A stretch of 63,656 bases of DNA, filler included, from a bacterium (GCA_024278215.1; 6 parts of 6 records of this genome joined end to end with filler, not necessarily neighbours in it); one strand, 5' to 3'. Positions 11,606 to 22,049 are shown, counted from the first letter of the whole stretch. The notes: generated from the letters alone by a model not told the origin. Program-made: numbers and translations.

Positions 11606-13487
11606 CTCTCTCGAGCTCCAGTTCTTCTTTGACCATAGTGAAATGAATTCTCATATTTGCGCAAGCTTTATTTATTTTATCGTAGAGGTTTTTGTCGAGT
11701 TCGACAAGATTCTTGTATCTTTCGTTGCGCGGCAGCGTGTCATCCTCTTCGCTGTAGAAAATATGGGCCATTTGTCGTTCGAGCATCGGTGCAAGGAAGT
11801 TGAGAGGGCCCTGCTTATTTGTGTTTTTAAGCACTTTTTTAGAGTCGTTGATGCGCTTGAGGAGCCTGATAAGTTCCTTATTATTCTGCATGGCTTTTGA
11901 TCTTTCGAGAATGTCGATGGCACGGTTGCAGCTCTTTATTCCCTTTGACACAGTGTCTTCGAGTTCCTTGAAAGTATTGATATATCCCGTGAGTTTTTCA
12001 ATTACCATATCAGTATCTGGCGGTACATAGCTTTCATAAACGGCGTCGAGAACATCGCGCGGATTTTCTTCGATGTGATCTACGTATTTATCGATGGCGT
12101 CGGAGAGAGTCATGATCAGGGCGTCGTCGAGCTTTGCGCCCCCTTCGGTGGCATCGATAACTTCAGTCTTCATTCGCGGTATGCGCAGGTTGAACCAGTG
12201 AATAAACTCGAGGAAGCTTTTGTAGGTGCAGAGCGGTTTTCCGTATATGTCTTCTACTTCGACGATTTCATGTTTTCCATCTTCGAGGTCCTGCGAGAAT
12301 TTACCGTCGTCGAAGCTGCCGTCGGCATACCATTTCATGCCGGGGAATCCGAGGTCTACCCCTACGAGAATTATCGGGTCGGCACGCATCTGTCTTGCGA
12401 AATTGAAAGCGTCCGTAAGCACGGAACCGCCTGTGGTTATTATGCCTTTGCTGCCGAGCACATCTGAAAAAAGGCTTTCGGATATTCCCGAATGGTAGTA
12501 ATTGAACATGCGCCCGCCGTGGTTTTTCGGGGAGAAAGGAGTGAGTTCCATTGCGGGTATGAAATAAGCGAATGATGTGTCTATGCCTCTGATTTTGAAG
12601 AAATTGGCCGCCTGATAGTCGATGGAAATAATGCAGTCCGGTTCGACACCGTGTCTCAGCATGGGTTTTGTAGCAGTGTCGCAGGCCAGGATCAACGCCT
12701 TGCCTTTTGCACGCTCGAGTTGCTTCACATTTTTCTCGAGTGAAGGTCCGGGCGCGACAATGATGACCGGTTTCTTATCGAAACAGCCCTCGAGCATCGA
12801 GACTCCCGGATGCTTGATGGCAATAGAAAAATTCATCGCAATATTGTTCTGGAATATCGGGCCGCTGATCATGCCCGTGTAGAGGTTGAAAGTGAGGTAG
12901 GTTTTGGAAAGCTCTATCGCTTTCTTCGTTATGTCATGTATTTCGGGGAATGCGCTGATGTGTGGAAGGATGCTGATTTTGAAGTCAGGCAAATTGATAT
13001 GTGTTAGATTGGAAGTAAGCGTATATTTAAGTTCTTCCGGTGTGACGGCGAAAGACAGGATGACTCTGCCTGTAGAGAAAATATCGGTAATATCAACATT
13101 TTCGAGAGCTTTTCTGAAAACGCTTACATAAGGCTCCAGAACGACTATTACAGGATGCTTTATCCTTGAGAGAAGATACCTGACCTCATATCCGAAACCG
13201 AATCCGATAACAATGATTCTTGTATTTTCTTTGAAAAAGTCATTATCCGAATATCGCTTTTCAGCATCTTTATTGGGATCGAAAACAGAGTGACCGGTGA
13301 TTGTTTTCCCGTTGCGTGGATATACTTTAAATGTTGGAAATCCGCGCCGTCCTTCGAGTACCTCGATCTCGATACGGACATCGGGTCTGTCGTCTATATT
13401 TTTTTCTATGCGAACAAGGTCGTCATAGATAGAAGGACAGCGGGTACGCAGGAAATTGATGTTTTTCTCGTAAATTTCATTGTTCAT
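11589..13487 (-). CDS. Motility-associated factor (Maf/DUF115) glycosyltransferase
   Basis: IIVAPGPSLEKN, GGSV..AF, IILVGVDLGF, DATEGGA; lies next to fliS/fliD. Confidence 0.85.
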   Translation of the reverse strand: MNNEIYEKNINFLRTRCPSIYDDLVRIEKNIDDRPDVRIEIEVLEGRRGFPTFKVYPRNGKTITGHSVFDPNKDAEKRYSDNDFFKENTRIIVIGFGFGYEVRYLLSRIKHPVIVVLEPYVSVFRKALENVDITDIFSTGRVILSFAVTPEELKYTLTSNLTHINLPDFKISILPHISAFPEIHDITKKAIELSKTYLTFNLYTGMISGPIFQNNIAMNFSIAIKHPGVSMLEGCFDKKPVIIVAPGPSLEKNVKQLERAKGKALILACDTATKPMLRHGVEPDCIISIDYQAANFFKIRGIDTSFAYFIPAMELTPFSPKNHGGRMFNYYHSGISESLFSDVLGSKGIITTGGSVLTDAFNFARQMRADPIILVGVDLGFPGMKWYADGSFDDGKFSQDLEDGKHEIVEVEDIYGKPLCTYKSFLEFIHWFNLRIPRMKTEVIDATEGGAKLDDALIMTLSDAIDKYVDHIEENPRDVLDAVYESYVPPDTDMVIEKLTGYINTFKELEDTVSKGIKSCNRAIDILERSKAMQNNKELIRLLKRINDSKKVLKNTNKQGPLNFLAPMLERQMAHIFYSEEDDTLPRNERYKNLVELDKNLYDKINKACANMRIHFTMVKEELELERDEEFV

Positions 13488-13641
13488 TCAGATGTTCCTC
13501 GGAACAGGATACAGCGATCACCACAACCTGTCCTGGTGTCGTGTCAACTCTGTATTGATGTATTTAGGCCCATTACCGTTCACTTTAGCAACAATGATGT
13601 GTAAAAAAGACTGTATTTATCGCGAATATTGATACATATAT

Positions 13642-13731
13642 CCTATCCTGGCATAGGCGGAACTAAAAAGGTCGCATTTTCGTGCCCAAACAAATGCGGT
13701 TTGAGCACGGTACACAGAGTTTCATCGTTCC
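13642..13731. repeat. Dispersed repeat family B, copy 1 (others 17745-17840 and inverted 28350-28443)
   Basis: CC(T/G)GCATAG(G/C)CGGAAC(T/C)AAAAAGG...TTTTCGTGCCCAAACAAATGCGGTTTGAGCACGG.ACACAG shared by three copies. Confidence 0.8.
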
Positions 13732-14124
13732 ACAGTCATCACACTCACACGAGTCTTCGCTATTTGGTGTGGGTAGAATAATTATAGTGTGCCGCCGGTG
13801 AGACTGACAATCTGGCAACGACAACTGTATAGTTTTCCACAAATCCACCGTCCGGCAATCATTTGAAATTGCCGGGAAACGGTGAGTATTGTGGTAAACT
13901 CGGCACGAAAGCATGAATTCCCCGCACGAGCCGAAGTTCTTTTATGGTGAATGCGGAGCGTTCAGTCCATACGTTCCGGGTCGAAGCCCCGGAACGATAA
14001 AAACTCATTTTACCCATACGATTCAGCGAAGAGCCCACTCACACTCGTCCACACCGGTTTTTCCTCGTCCCGGGGTCTACTCTTGGGAACGCGCGAAAAC
14101 CCTGAAAATTCGTGAAAACCAGAT

Positions 14125-14158
14125 AAAAAAACTCTCATCAAATCGACGAGAGTTTTTA
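14125..14158 (-). terminator. Probable terminator downstream of fliS
   Basis: Minus strand AAAAACTCTCGTCG-ATT-TGATGAGAGTTTTTT. Confidence 0.55.
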
Positions 14159-14214
14159 TTGCTGTATTCAAGATCACAAATTCCGCAAAGGAAAGTGGAC
14201 CTGGAAAACATCGT

Positions 14215-14649
14215 TCATGCCTGGGTCGAAATGCCGCCTGCATGATGAAGCATATTCTTTCTGTTTTCCTGGTTGACAATATGCCATGCTTCTCGAAGGT
14301 CTCTAAGGATGCGAAGCGCTTCGTCGATTTTTTCACTGCTGTTTTCGATGTTGGCCTCCACCAGTCGCATGTGAAGGTAAACATATATGGACTTGAGATT
14401 TTCTGCAACTTCACCACCGGCGTCCATGTTGAGTGAAACAGTAAGTTCAGTGACAATCTTCTGGGCTTTTATAAGGTTATTGTGAACTTCTTCCTTGTTG
14501 CTGCCCATGCTCTGCTGTGCAAGACGACACACCTTTATGGCTTCATCGTAAAGCATGATGATAAGCATCAGTGGTGTTGCCGTTTCAACTTTGTTGCGCA
14601 GGTACTGCCTGTATGCTCCTGGTGCAGGTTTATTCTGGTTAATGCTCAT
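14215..14649 (-). CDS. fliS: Flagellar export chaperone FliS
   Basis: VETATPLMLIIMLYDEAI, KAQKIVTELTVSLNMDAGGEVAENL..IY.Y, LREAW. Confidence 0.93.
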   Translation of the reverse strand: MSINQNKPAPGAYRQYLRNKVETATPLMLIIMLYDEAIKVCRLAQQSMGSNKEEVHNNLIKAQKIVTELTVSLNMDAGGEVAENLKSIYVYLHMRLVEANIENSSEKIDEALRILRDLREAWHIVNQENRKNMLHHAGGISTQA

Positions 14650-15287
14650 GAGTCCTCGCTAAATGAAAATTCAGAAACCATTGTTCTGATCTCCGGGATA
14701 GTTTCCTCGAGTTCGCCGATAGCCGGCTCCAGCTCATATTCAAGGAAGTCGTTTATCAGGGTTATGTCGTTGTTCTCCATAGCTTCCATGAGTTCCTTGA
14801 GTGTATCATTGAACTTATTTAGGAAATCCCTGAGAGTGCCTTTATCTCCGTAATGGACTTCATCCATTTTAAGTGCGCCGATAACGTCGATCTGTTCGAA
14901 AAGGTTGAAGAGCCAGATCATTTTTCCGATATTATCGCTGAGCTTGGTCATACCCTGTTCGATCTCTTCGGACAGCATATGTCCAACGATGTCGTTTATT
15001 TCCTCTTTGACACCGTCAAGAATTTTAATAGCTCCGTCCAGTTCTTTTGCAAGGTTATCCTGTACGGATTCTGTTTTGAAACTTATCTGGTGAATCTGGT
15101 CCAGTGTTACCTGTTCCGGAGTAAGGTCCATGTCGGTTCCGTCCTGGAGTTCGTCGACCTTAACTTCCACAATGACCTTTTTTTCATCGACAAGCAGCCG
15201 CTCATTTATGTCCTTGATCATGTCGCTAAGCGTCAGGTCTTCTTCGTAAGTCCAGCTTTTTTGCTCGTCGTCAACGAGGACTCTCAT
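14646..15287 (-). CDS. Hypothetical acidic protein in the fliD-fliS operon
   Basis: 213-aa ORF overlapping the fliS start by 4 bp; C-terminal 'D..LI.DFLEYEL.P' motif of the kind seen in flagellar-glycosylation-linked proteins. Confidence 0.7.
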   Translation of the reverse strand: MRVLVDDEQKSWTYEEDLTLSDMIKDINERLLVDEKKVIVEVKVDELQDGTDMDLTPEQVTLDQIHQISFKTESVQDNLAKELDGAIKILDGVKEEINDIVGHMLSEEIEQGMTKLSDNIGKMIWLFNLFEQIDVIGALKMDEVHYGDKGTLRDFLNKFNDTLKELMEAMENNDITLINDFLEYELEPAIGELEETIPEIRTMVSEFSFSEDS

Positions 15288-15311
15288 AATGCCTATTCTC
15301 TCAATCTAAAA

Positions 15312-16059
15312 TTATTTCTTGCTACTTGCGGATGACAGGCTTGCGAGTTGCTGCGTGAGATAGTCACTCTGCGTCTGGAGTTGCGCGAGGGCCGATTCCA
15401 TCGCTGTCCATTCATTTCGCATTGTGTCTTCCACGCTTGCGAGTCTTTCTTCCCAGCTGGCTTTGTCGTCGTCCAGGTCGTCGATGCGGTTCTCGATGCT
15501 CATAATCCGGTTGTAGTATACTCCGGCGTCCGTCTCGATGACACTGACCTCGGTCTGCGCCTCTATATAAGTGTCGAGCTGATCCGCCCAGCCTTCGAGC
15601 AGTGAGGTGACCTGTGATTTATCGTTGGCGAGAGCGTCTCGCAGTTTTTGTTCGTCGAATTCGATATTGTCGGAAACAGACGAACCGATCGACGCTTCAC
15701 TTGTGATGCCGATCTGCTAAAGAATCTGGTAGTCGGGCTGAGTCGTGTCGATATATCCTGTTGTCCGCATCCTGATTTCGGATTTTGTGGACTGGAGATC
15801 GAAATCGCCGTTGAGGATTCCGGTGCGATAGTCTTCATCCGTTGCGGGGTCGGCTATCGGTTTTTCTGTGATGTAATTTGCAAGCATGTCGGTCGTCGTG
15901 TTGAACTGATCGACAAAATCGCTGACAAGCTGCACAAAATCGTCGTCGGCGAGACCTACAGTAACTTCGACAGGATTGCCCGGGTCGGCGGAATTCGCCT
16001 GGAGCGTGACACCTGTAATTGCGTTGCTGAACGTGTTGGTCTCGCTTTGCACGGCAATT
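15312..16059 (-). pseudogene. fliD: Flagellar cap FliD, 3' part, with in-frame TAG at 15717-15719 (5' end lost at gap)
   Basis: NTFSNAITGVTL, FVDQFN, G.LNGD, L*QIGI, FDEQKL..AL, WTAMESALAQLQTQSDYLTQQL; ORFs 15717-16052 and 15312-15503 are in the same frame. Confidence 0.8.
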
Positions 16060-16159
16060 NNNNNNNNNNNNNNNNNNNNNNNNNNNNNNNNNNNNNNNNN
16101 NNNTTAATTAATTAANNNNNNNNNNNNNNNNNNNNNNNNNNNNNNNNNNNNNNNNNNNN
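16060..16159. other. Artificial contig linker (N-TTAATTAATTAA-N); same at 31916-32015, 44861-44960, 56611-56710, 60457-60556
   Basis: Identical 100-nt N blocks with a six-frame stop linker. Confidence 0.97.
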
Positions 16160-16269
16160 AAATCGTCCTCGACGTACTCTACAAGTACGCCTGCGAGGAT
16201 TTTACACCTCCGCCTTGCTCTGAACAATTTCGCTCGACCTCGCTACGAACATAATTTTGCAATTGGCTC
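16160..16269 (-). mobile_element. MITE family A, inverted, truncated by contig end
   Basis: Reverse complement of the family A left part, ending in TTTTGCAATTGGCTC. Confidence 0.85.
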
Positions 16270-16380
16270 TTGGGATGGTACTATTCAGGACACCGGATAA
16301 GATTTGATTGATAAGCAGCAACAGGGTGCCTAATATCAAGCATAAATCGGAGTGTTTGTTCAGTACAGCGGAGAATTCGT

Positions 16381-16411
16381 TTTTGGCCCGCATTGGTGAA
16401 ATATGCGGGTT
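16381..16411. repeat. Short hairpin repeat family E (also 33752-33780, inverted 28451-28471)
   Basis: TTTTGGCCCGCATTGGTGAAATATGCG is identical in two copies, with a partial third. Confidence 0.65.
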
Positions 16412-16657
16412 GTCATCGTTTCCAGAGTCAACCCCGCGAATGAGAAAACGCCGGAGGCTCAAAAGAAACGTTGAATTTTTTCAGGAACCGGCTCATCTCC
16501 GCCATAATGGGGAAAATACTATTGGACAAAAAGAATATCCCAGTTATAATGTGAATTCGTAAAGATGTTGTTTCAGAAAACTGAAAAAGGGTAAATAATA
16601 AAAGATAATTGGCTCTATGGTCGGTGTTGCTGGATAGAAAGTATTGGAGGCCTCATT

Positions 16658-17524
16658 TTGGCGGCGACGAGAGAAGAAAAACTAAAAATGCTGACGGAAG
16701 AACTGTCGGTGGAGTTCAGGGAAACCCTTGTAGATGTCCTGAAAGAGAAAGAGATAATATCGAAAAGTGAATTCGCGCGAATGACGGGACTGCTTGTCGA
16801 TGCGTTCGATGAGTTGCTGGCCGAAGTGCCAAACCAGAAACGCATGTTGCGAAAGTTGCGTGAATATGGGATGGGGATTTCAAATATCGACTACACTTCC
16901 GACATCGAAGACGAGATGCTGAAGCAGGCGACGAAGGTGATCCGTGAGAAAATAGTGCGAAAGGGCGAACGTGAAAAACTGGCCCGGCTTGCGGCAAAAG
17001 AGATCATCGAAAACTGGCTTACTCTCGACGAGGATATGGTCGAGCGCATTGCCGGGTTCGACGGGCTCCTCGAGAGTATACAGGAAAAAACGGAAGATAA
17101 GTTCGAGTATGACGACAGCGATTTCATCGAAATAATGTTGGAACTCGGCGCGATCCTGAGCGCAAAATATATGGAACGCCTGAGCGACGAGCAATTGGAC
17201 GATCTGCTCGAGAGAGCAGTGAAAGTCGCGAAGATGATCGAGGAGGGTGAGGACCTTGGAGAAGAACTACTGCATCTCGCGCAGGCCGCACTCCAGAATC
17301 TCGGCATAGTAGCGATGATGCGCCGTGCGTTTGCCGGTCTCCTGCTGAGCGATCTTATTATCCGCCAGATAGGCAAGAGCCTCGGCATTAAAGAAAAAAT
17401 ATCCGTCACCGATTTTATTATTTATGTCGGTGTCAAAATCCTCGAAAAAGAAGAACTCCCGAATGCGGACAAAGCACAAGTCGCAAGGGTGAGAAAAATA
17501 TTAGAGAAGGTTGTTGCGTTGTAG
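16658..17524 (+). CDS. Hypothetical alpha-helical protein
   Basis: 288-aa ORF, GGAGG RBS before the TTG start; no motif recognised. Confidence 0.7.
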   Translation: MAATREEKLKMLTEELSVEFRETLVDVLKEKEIISKSEFARMTGLLVDAFDELLAEVPNQKRMLRKLREYGMGISNIDYTSDIEDEMLKQATKVIREKIVRKGEREKLARLAAKEIIENWLTLDEDMVERIAGFDGLLESIQEKTEDKFEYDDSDFIEIMLELGAILSAKYMERLSDEQLDDLLERAVKVAKMIEEGEDLGEELLHLAQAALQNLGIVAMMRRAFAGLLLSDLIIRQIGKSLGIKEKISVTDFIIYVGVKILEKEELPNADKAQVARVRKILEKVVAL

Positions 17525-17715
17525 TGTCGTGACAACATAGAAAAGACGTAAGATGAGTTAGCGTAAAAAACGATAAGAGTGCAGGGCGCGGTCGCCGTGC
17601 TGCGCCTGAGCATATATTACGCATAACTGTTTGTACGACCAAAAGTTGAGGCGCGCTGCGGTGACCCCGCCCTTGTCTACACTCAAAACGTCGATACAAA
17701 GTTGACATGACACCA
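17522..17715. mobile_element. MITE family C
   Basis: TAGTGTCGTGACAAC...GTTGACATGACACCA ends; diverged reverse complement of 49200-49381; internal AGGGCG..CGCCCT palindrome. Confidence 0.75.
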
Positions 17716-18145
17716 TGTCGTTTCACGAATTCACATACGCAATTCCTAACCCGGCATAGCCGGAACCAAAAAGGCTGTATTTTCGTGCCCAAACAAATGC
17801 GGTTTGAGCACGGCACACAGCGTTTCATCGTTTCCAAGGTCTACCTCGGAAACGCCTGTAACTGGAAGCTCCAGTTTTTACCGATCTCTTTTCAGCATTT
17901 CTTTACCATCCTGCGTAACATTTCCCTTAAGGGCCTGTTGATAACCGCTATAATAGTCACCGGTAAGTCAAACCCGTAACGTATATCGCCGGGTGTTACA
18001 ACAGAATCGCGGAACCGCTTATGGCCTTTATCCGGGCAAACACCGGATATGAAACAACATCGGACATGAACACGTTTCGCGATGTGTGATATATAATGTC
18101 GGGTGTATGTAATCCGCGGCTTGCCGAAAGGCGTGGAGATAAAAC

Positions 18146-18191
18146 ACAATAGCAGCCGACCGCAGCAGAATCAGAATTTTGCAATTGGCTC
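18146..18191 (+). mobile_element. MITE family A, right-end fragment
   Basis: ACAATAGCAGCCGACCGCAGCAGAATCAGAATTTTGCAATTGGCTC. Confidence 0.75.
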
Positions 18192-18212
18192 AATAGAAAT
18201 ATCAGCCGACAA

Positions 18213-19637
18213 ATGACGCAATCGCCTGAAAACATAAACACCGGACAGGACACGGCCCCGGGCACGGCCTCCGAAGTCGGGAAACCAATTGTAGAAGTTA
18301 TCTGCGGGGGGCTGGCGGCGGGTTTTATATTCGGCATGCACTGGCCGGGCGCTTTTCTGTCAGCGTTTATTCTCGGCGCATTTTTCAGCCACAGGGTTTC
18401 GCGCTCGAGAGTGCCGACGTCGCTTTTCTGGTCCGCCTATATCCTATCCTGCATACTGTTCCATTATTTTGCGGCGACATACTCATACGCATTCATTTAT
18501 TCCGTCAATCCGAGATACCTCATTTCGGCCGGGGCGGTTTCGGCCATTGCTTTTTTTGCCTGCGTATCGGGCAGACCGGCGATGGGGCTCTTGATCGGTT
18601 TCATTTTTATTTCAGTGGAGATATCAATCGCTAAATATAACCAGCCGATGTTCTTTTTCGGGTTTGTTGTGTTGCTTATCGCAGACAGGTATTCAGGCCG
18701 GTTAAAAACTGTTCCGGCTTCACTGATCGCACTCGCGGTGTTCAACAGCATACTCGCCGTAGGAGTGCTTTCCATTGGCGGGAGTCACGAATTCCCGATA
18801 TATCACAAGGTACTTATCGAGAACGACGGACCTCAAACACAGGCAGATGCCGCTATGTTGAAACGATTCTTTAAGATAGATAAAACTGTTGTGGAGGCGA
18901 TAGGAAAACAGCGCGAAGCAATCGGGCGCGGTCGACTGGCGGAAGTCGTGGCAGGACCCGGCGGCGACGAAATAACTGTGCTCATGAAACGGCGTGTTAA
19001 GTCTTACATCGCAATTCTCGACAGGGAAACACTTGCATATAAAAGGAAGAGTTTTCAAGGCGCTGTGGGAGACACGCTTGCGATAAGCGGCGACGGCCGT
19101 TTCCTCGCGTCGGTCACAGGTGGTACGCTCGCCCTGCTCGATGAAGAAATACTCGGGTGGCGAGCAACGCTTGAACTGGGTATAAAGGGCCCTGTGGGTG
19201 TCGAGTTCGGCCCGCCGGGCATGCTGTATGTGAGTTCGGCAGTGAGCGGAATGCTGTATCTCATAGAATATGACGGGCAGGGCCGAAAAATGAAAGTCGC
19301 CAAAACGAGACACGCCGGGCCGGGCATTCTCGGACTCGAATACATCAGCGACAGGGGGATCGTCGCGGCAGGTAATTACATCGACGGAATGTTTTATTTT
19401 TTCAATGGGAAAACTCTTGACATGGAAGCATCGGTTTTTATCGGTCCTTATGTCAGAATGGACAGATTTATTGAAAATGACGGCAAGATATTTTTCGTGC
19501 TTAACCGGGGCAGATACGGGACAGGGTTTGTTTATCTCGATGAAATATCGAGAAGGGGCATCGAAGCGCAGCAGCCGGTATCTCACATGTTGTCGTTTTT
19601 TGTGCTGTCCGCGAAGTTGCTCCGGTCTACGCTGTAG
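18213..19637 (+). CDS. Membrane protein with C-terminal beta-propeller (YncE-like) domain
   Basis: About 6 N-terminal TM segments followed by repeats such as LAISGDGRFL and GPVGVEFGPPGMLYVS. Confidence 0.55.
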   Translation: MTQSPENINTGQDTAPGTASEVGKPIVEVICGGLAAGFIFGMHWPGAFLSAFILGAFFSHRVSRSRVPTSLFWSAYILSCILFHYFAATYSYAFIYSVNPRYLISAGAVSAIAFFACVSGRPAMGLLIGFIFISVEISIAKYNQPMFFFGFVVLLIADRYSGRLKTVPASLIALAVFNSILAVGVLSIGGSHEFPIYHKVLIENDGPQTQADAAMLKRFFKIDKTVVEAIGKQREAIGRGRLAEVVAGPGGDEITVLMKRRVKSYIAILDRETLAYKRKSFQGAVGDTLAISGDGRFLASVTGGTLALLDEEILGWRATLELGIKGPVGVEFGPPGMLYVSSAVSGMLYLIEYDGQGRKMKVAKTRHAGPGILGLEYISDRGIVAAGNYIDGMFYFFNGKTLDMEASVFIGPYVRMDRFIENDGKIFFVLNRGRYGTGFVYLDEISRRGIEAQQPVSHMLSFFVLSAKLLRSTL

Positions 19638-19863
19638 GCGGAGCGGAAGGCAACTAGTGTGAAAAACAAAATCCGCGGCAATACTTCAGCCGCCTCACAT
19701 TCTACAGAGCCTGAACCGGAATTCTTTGTGAGAAATCCGGGTTAAAGGCAATATCAGAAAAAACCTGGAATGCAAAAACGTCAGTTTTTGCGAAATGCTA
19801 CTTCTTCACAGTTGCAACGACACAGGTCGTTGCATTCCAGGAATTTCAGATGTACTGTTGCGA

Positions 19864-21681
19864 TCAGTTGCCTGCGCAACGGATAACCGTGGATAAGGCT
19901 GTTTTGAGAACGCTCTCGACCGCGCCGGGCGTTACCGGTTTTGTCAGATAATCCGATGCACCGGCTGCGATACATTTCATAACGCTTTCCTTGTTCTTCA
20001 GAGCTGAGATCATGATAACCTTAACGTCGGGATCGGCTGCTTTCATCGCCCTCAGCGTGTCGATTCCGTTCATGTTGACCATATTTATATCACACGTTAC
20101 AAACGCGGGCCGATGCTTCTTGAACAGCTCGACCCCTGTTTCACCGTCCTGTGCTTCTCCGACCACAGTGAACCCCATTCTTTTAATGACCAGACTGAGA
20201 AATCTCCTTATGTCTTTACAATCGTCGACGATAAGAACGCTCTTGTTTCGATCAGATATATTCTTTATCGGTTTCCCGTCGATGTCGAAATACAGAGGGA
20301 TGGTTCTTCCGGTCTTCGGGCAGATGCTGATATCGGCGCCGTAGTAGAAGCGGTCTATCGGAATCATGTCGTCGCCCAGTGATATGAAAGCGCCGGGATA
20401 GATGCCGTTGCTGGCTTTGACTTTTGCGAGCGAATTGCAGGATGATTCCCGTTTTGCCTTTTGCAGTTCAATCTGTTTCGACTTGATACTGTGGATCAGT
20501 GCGGCGATTCTCTCAAGTATCGCTTTCCCTTTATTCTCCGCGCTGTCGGAATATGAGTATCTTCTGAATTGAACCTGCGCGTCTGCAAGCTCCTTTCGCA
20601 ATGCCTTGATTTCGCCGATTTCCCTAGTGAACCTGAGCCGGACATCGGGTGGATACCCGGCCTGTATGATAGTGTTCAGTCTGTTGCTGTTTCCGATGCG
20701 GTCGGCTGAAACCCCGCCGCCAGCCACGATGAATCCGCCCTCGATACAGCCGCCGCCGGTCGTGACTTCCACTTTCCCGTCGGTCGATACTCTGCTGTGC
20801 AATATTCTTTCTTCCGCCACGACTCCTTTACCGGCTTTGATAATTGACGCTTCAATGCTTCTCGAAAAAACATAACCACCGGCTTTCAACATGCCATAGC
20901 CGCTGTTGTTGATTTTCTTTTTTACGATAATGTCGCCGCCTGCCGCGATGTCGGCACCTTCGACCGAACCTTCGACAATTACATCACCGGCGGCTGCGAT
21001 GTGCGGATTTCCCAGTACGTTGCCTTTTATCACTATTGTTCCGGCGAACTTTGTGTTTCCCGCCGATCCGTCATAGTCGCCTTCGACGATATAAGCCGGG
21101 TCCACGACCAGCACGTTGTCACGAACGGAAGGTATGCCGTCTATCTGTGCCGTGAAGCAGCCTTCTGCTGTTTCGGCGACATACGCGCCAGCCCTGAGAC
21201 TGGTCTCTATTCCCCACTCGCCTTTAAATGTTTCGCCGAAAACCGTATATCCGTCCGCCCCTCTGCCGGCCGGTATTTTCTCGGCGACGACAGAGCCCTT
21301 TTTGACAAATGAATAGCATCCGATTTTTGAGAAGTCACGGCGGCAGTCGAATAATTCGTCGCCGGCGGCATCCGATAGCGGGACATTCTCGAAATGGTAT
21401 ACTATTCCGGCATCGGGGCCTTTCGCGAACGGCCTGCCTGCGGCAACGATGAAACAGTAATCGAACAATTCCGGATTATCGAGAAAGTCACGCAGTCTTT
21501 CCGGTGATTTTATTCCATGAGTAATTCCCGCCGACTCGAGTTCCCTGATGATTTCTTCATATTCTATCTTTGCTCCGGGATGTATCATTAGAAATGCTTT
21601 CATCCTGTCCCGGCTGACCCTGACTTCCAGTGTCTTCGTTTCCGGCAATTCCATCTGGCTGTTCATATTCGCATACCTCAC
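19864..21681 (-). CDS. FapA (DUF342) protein fused to a C-terminal CheY-like receiver domain
   Basis: VSRDRMKAFL, G..GYTVFGE, GGFIVAGG beta-helix; C-terminus SVLIVDD..CDINM..MISA..YLTKP. Confidence 0.85.
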   Translation of the reverse strand: MRYANMNSQMELPETKTLEVRVSRDRMKAFLMIHPGAKIEYEEIIRELESAGITHGIKSPERLRDFLDNPELFDYCFIVAAGRPFAKGPDAGIVYHFENVPLSDAAGDELFDCRRDFSKIGCYSFVKKGSVVAEKIPAGRGADGYTVFGETFKGEWGIETSLRAGAYVAETAEGCFTAQIDGIPSVRDNVLVVDPAYIVEGDYDGSAGNTKFAGTIVIKGNVLGNPHIAAAGDVIVEGSVEGADIAAGGDIIVKKKINNSGYGMLKAGGYVFSRSIEASIIKAGKGVVAEERILHSRVSTDGKVEVTTGGGCIEGGFIVAGGGVSADRIGNSNRLNTIIQAGYPPDVRLRFTREIGEIKALRKELADAQVQFRRYSYSDSAENKGKAILERIAALIHSIKSKQIELQKAKRESSCNSLAKVKASNGIYPGAFISLGDDMIPIDRFYYGADISICPKTGRTIPLYFDIDGKPIKNISDRNKSVLIVDDCKDIRRFLSLVIKRMGFTVVGEAQDGETGVELFKKHRPAFVTCDINMVNMNGIDTLRAMKAADPDVKVIMISALKNKESVMKCIAAGASDYLTKPVTPGAVESVLKTALSTVIRCAGN

Positions 21682-21941
21682 TGAATGTATTTACCATGAC
21701 CGGTTATAGATGGATGTTCTCACTACTATGACGACCGGCATTCGCTGAATATGACACTCTGTTCAACAAGATGTATACCAGGTCTTTGGAAAACTGCGTC
21801 TTGCACACAAACAAACATTGTTCGTATTTCAAAAACGCCATATTTCCGCCCGTAAATCTTAATAACATAAGCAAAAAGAAATTTATCGGGGACGATGCTT
21901 ACGGCTCGAGGTCCGGGGAAAGTGAAGCCGGAAATTAACAA

Positions 21942-21959
21942 TGTAATCAACATTTTACA
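21942..21959. promoter_or_regulatory. Putative activator site TGT-N12-ACA (TGTAATCAACATTTTACA)
   Basis: Imperfect palindrome about 76 bp upstream of a sigma-54-like promoter; near-identical copy at 30570-30587. Confidence 0.5.
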
Positions 21960-22034
21960 TATCCGGCAGGCGGAAAATGCGCCGTAAAATAAATATCGCT
22001 TTAAGAAAAGGTTTTTTTGTTTGCGAAACTTATC

Positions 22035-22049
22035 TGGCACGATTGTTGA
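22035..22049 (+). promoter_or_regulatory. Putative sigma-54 promoter
   Basis: TGGCACG-ATTG-TTGA vs consensus TGGCACG-N4-TTGC; upstream of the FapA/kinase operon. Confidence 0.55.

Noticed and set aside
15717-15719. Possible genome-wide TAG recoding
   Set aside because: TAG ends tyrS, icd and the acyl-CoA ligase at expected positions; only one internal TAG was seen
16060-16159. TTAATTAATTAA palindrome inside N runs, five times
   Set aside because: Artificial contig linker; ORFs reading into X residues and gene adjacency across linkers (e.g. mdh next to the CRISPR array) are not meaningful
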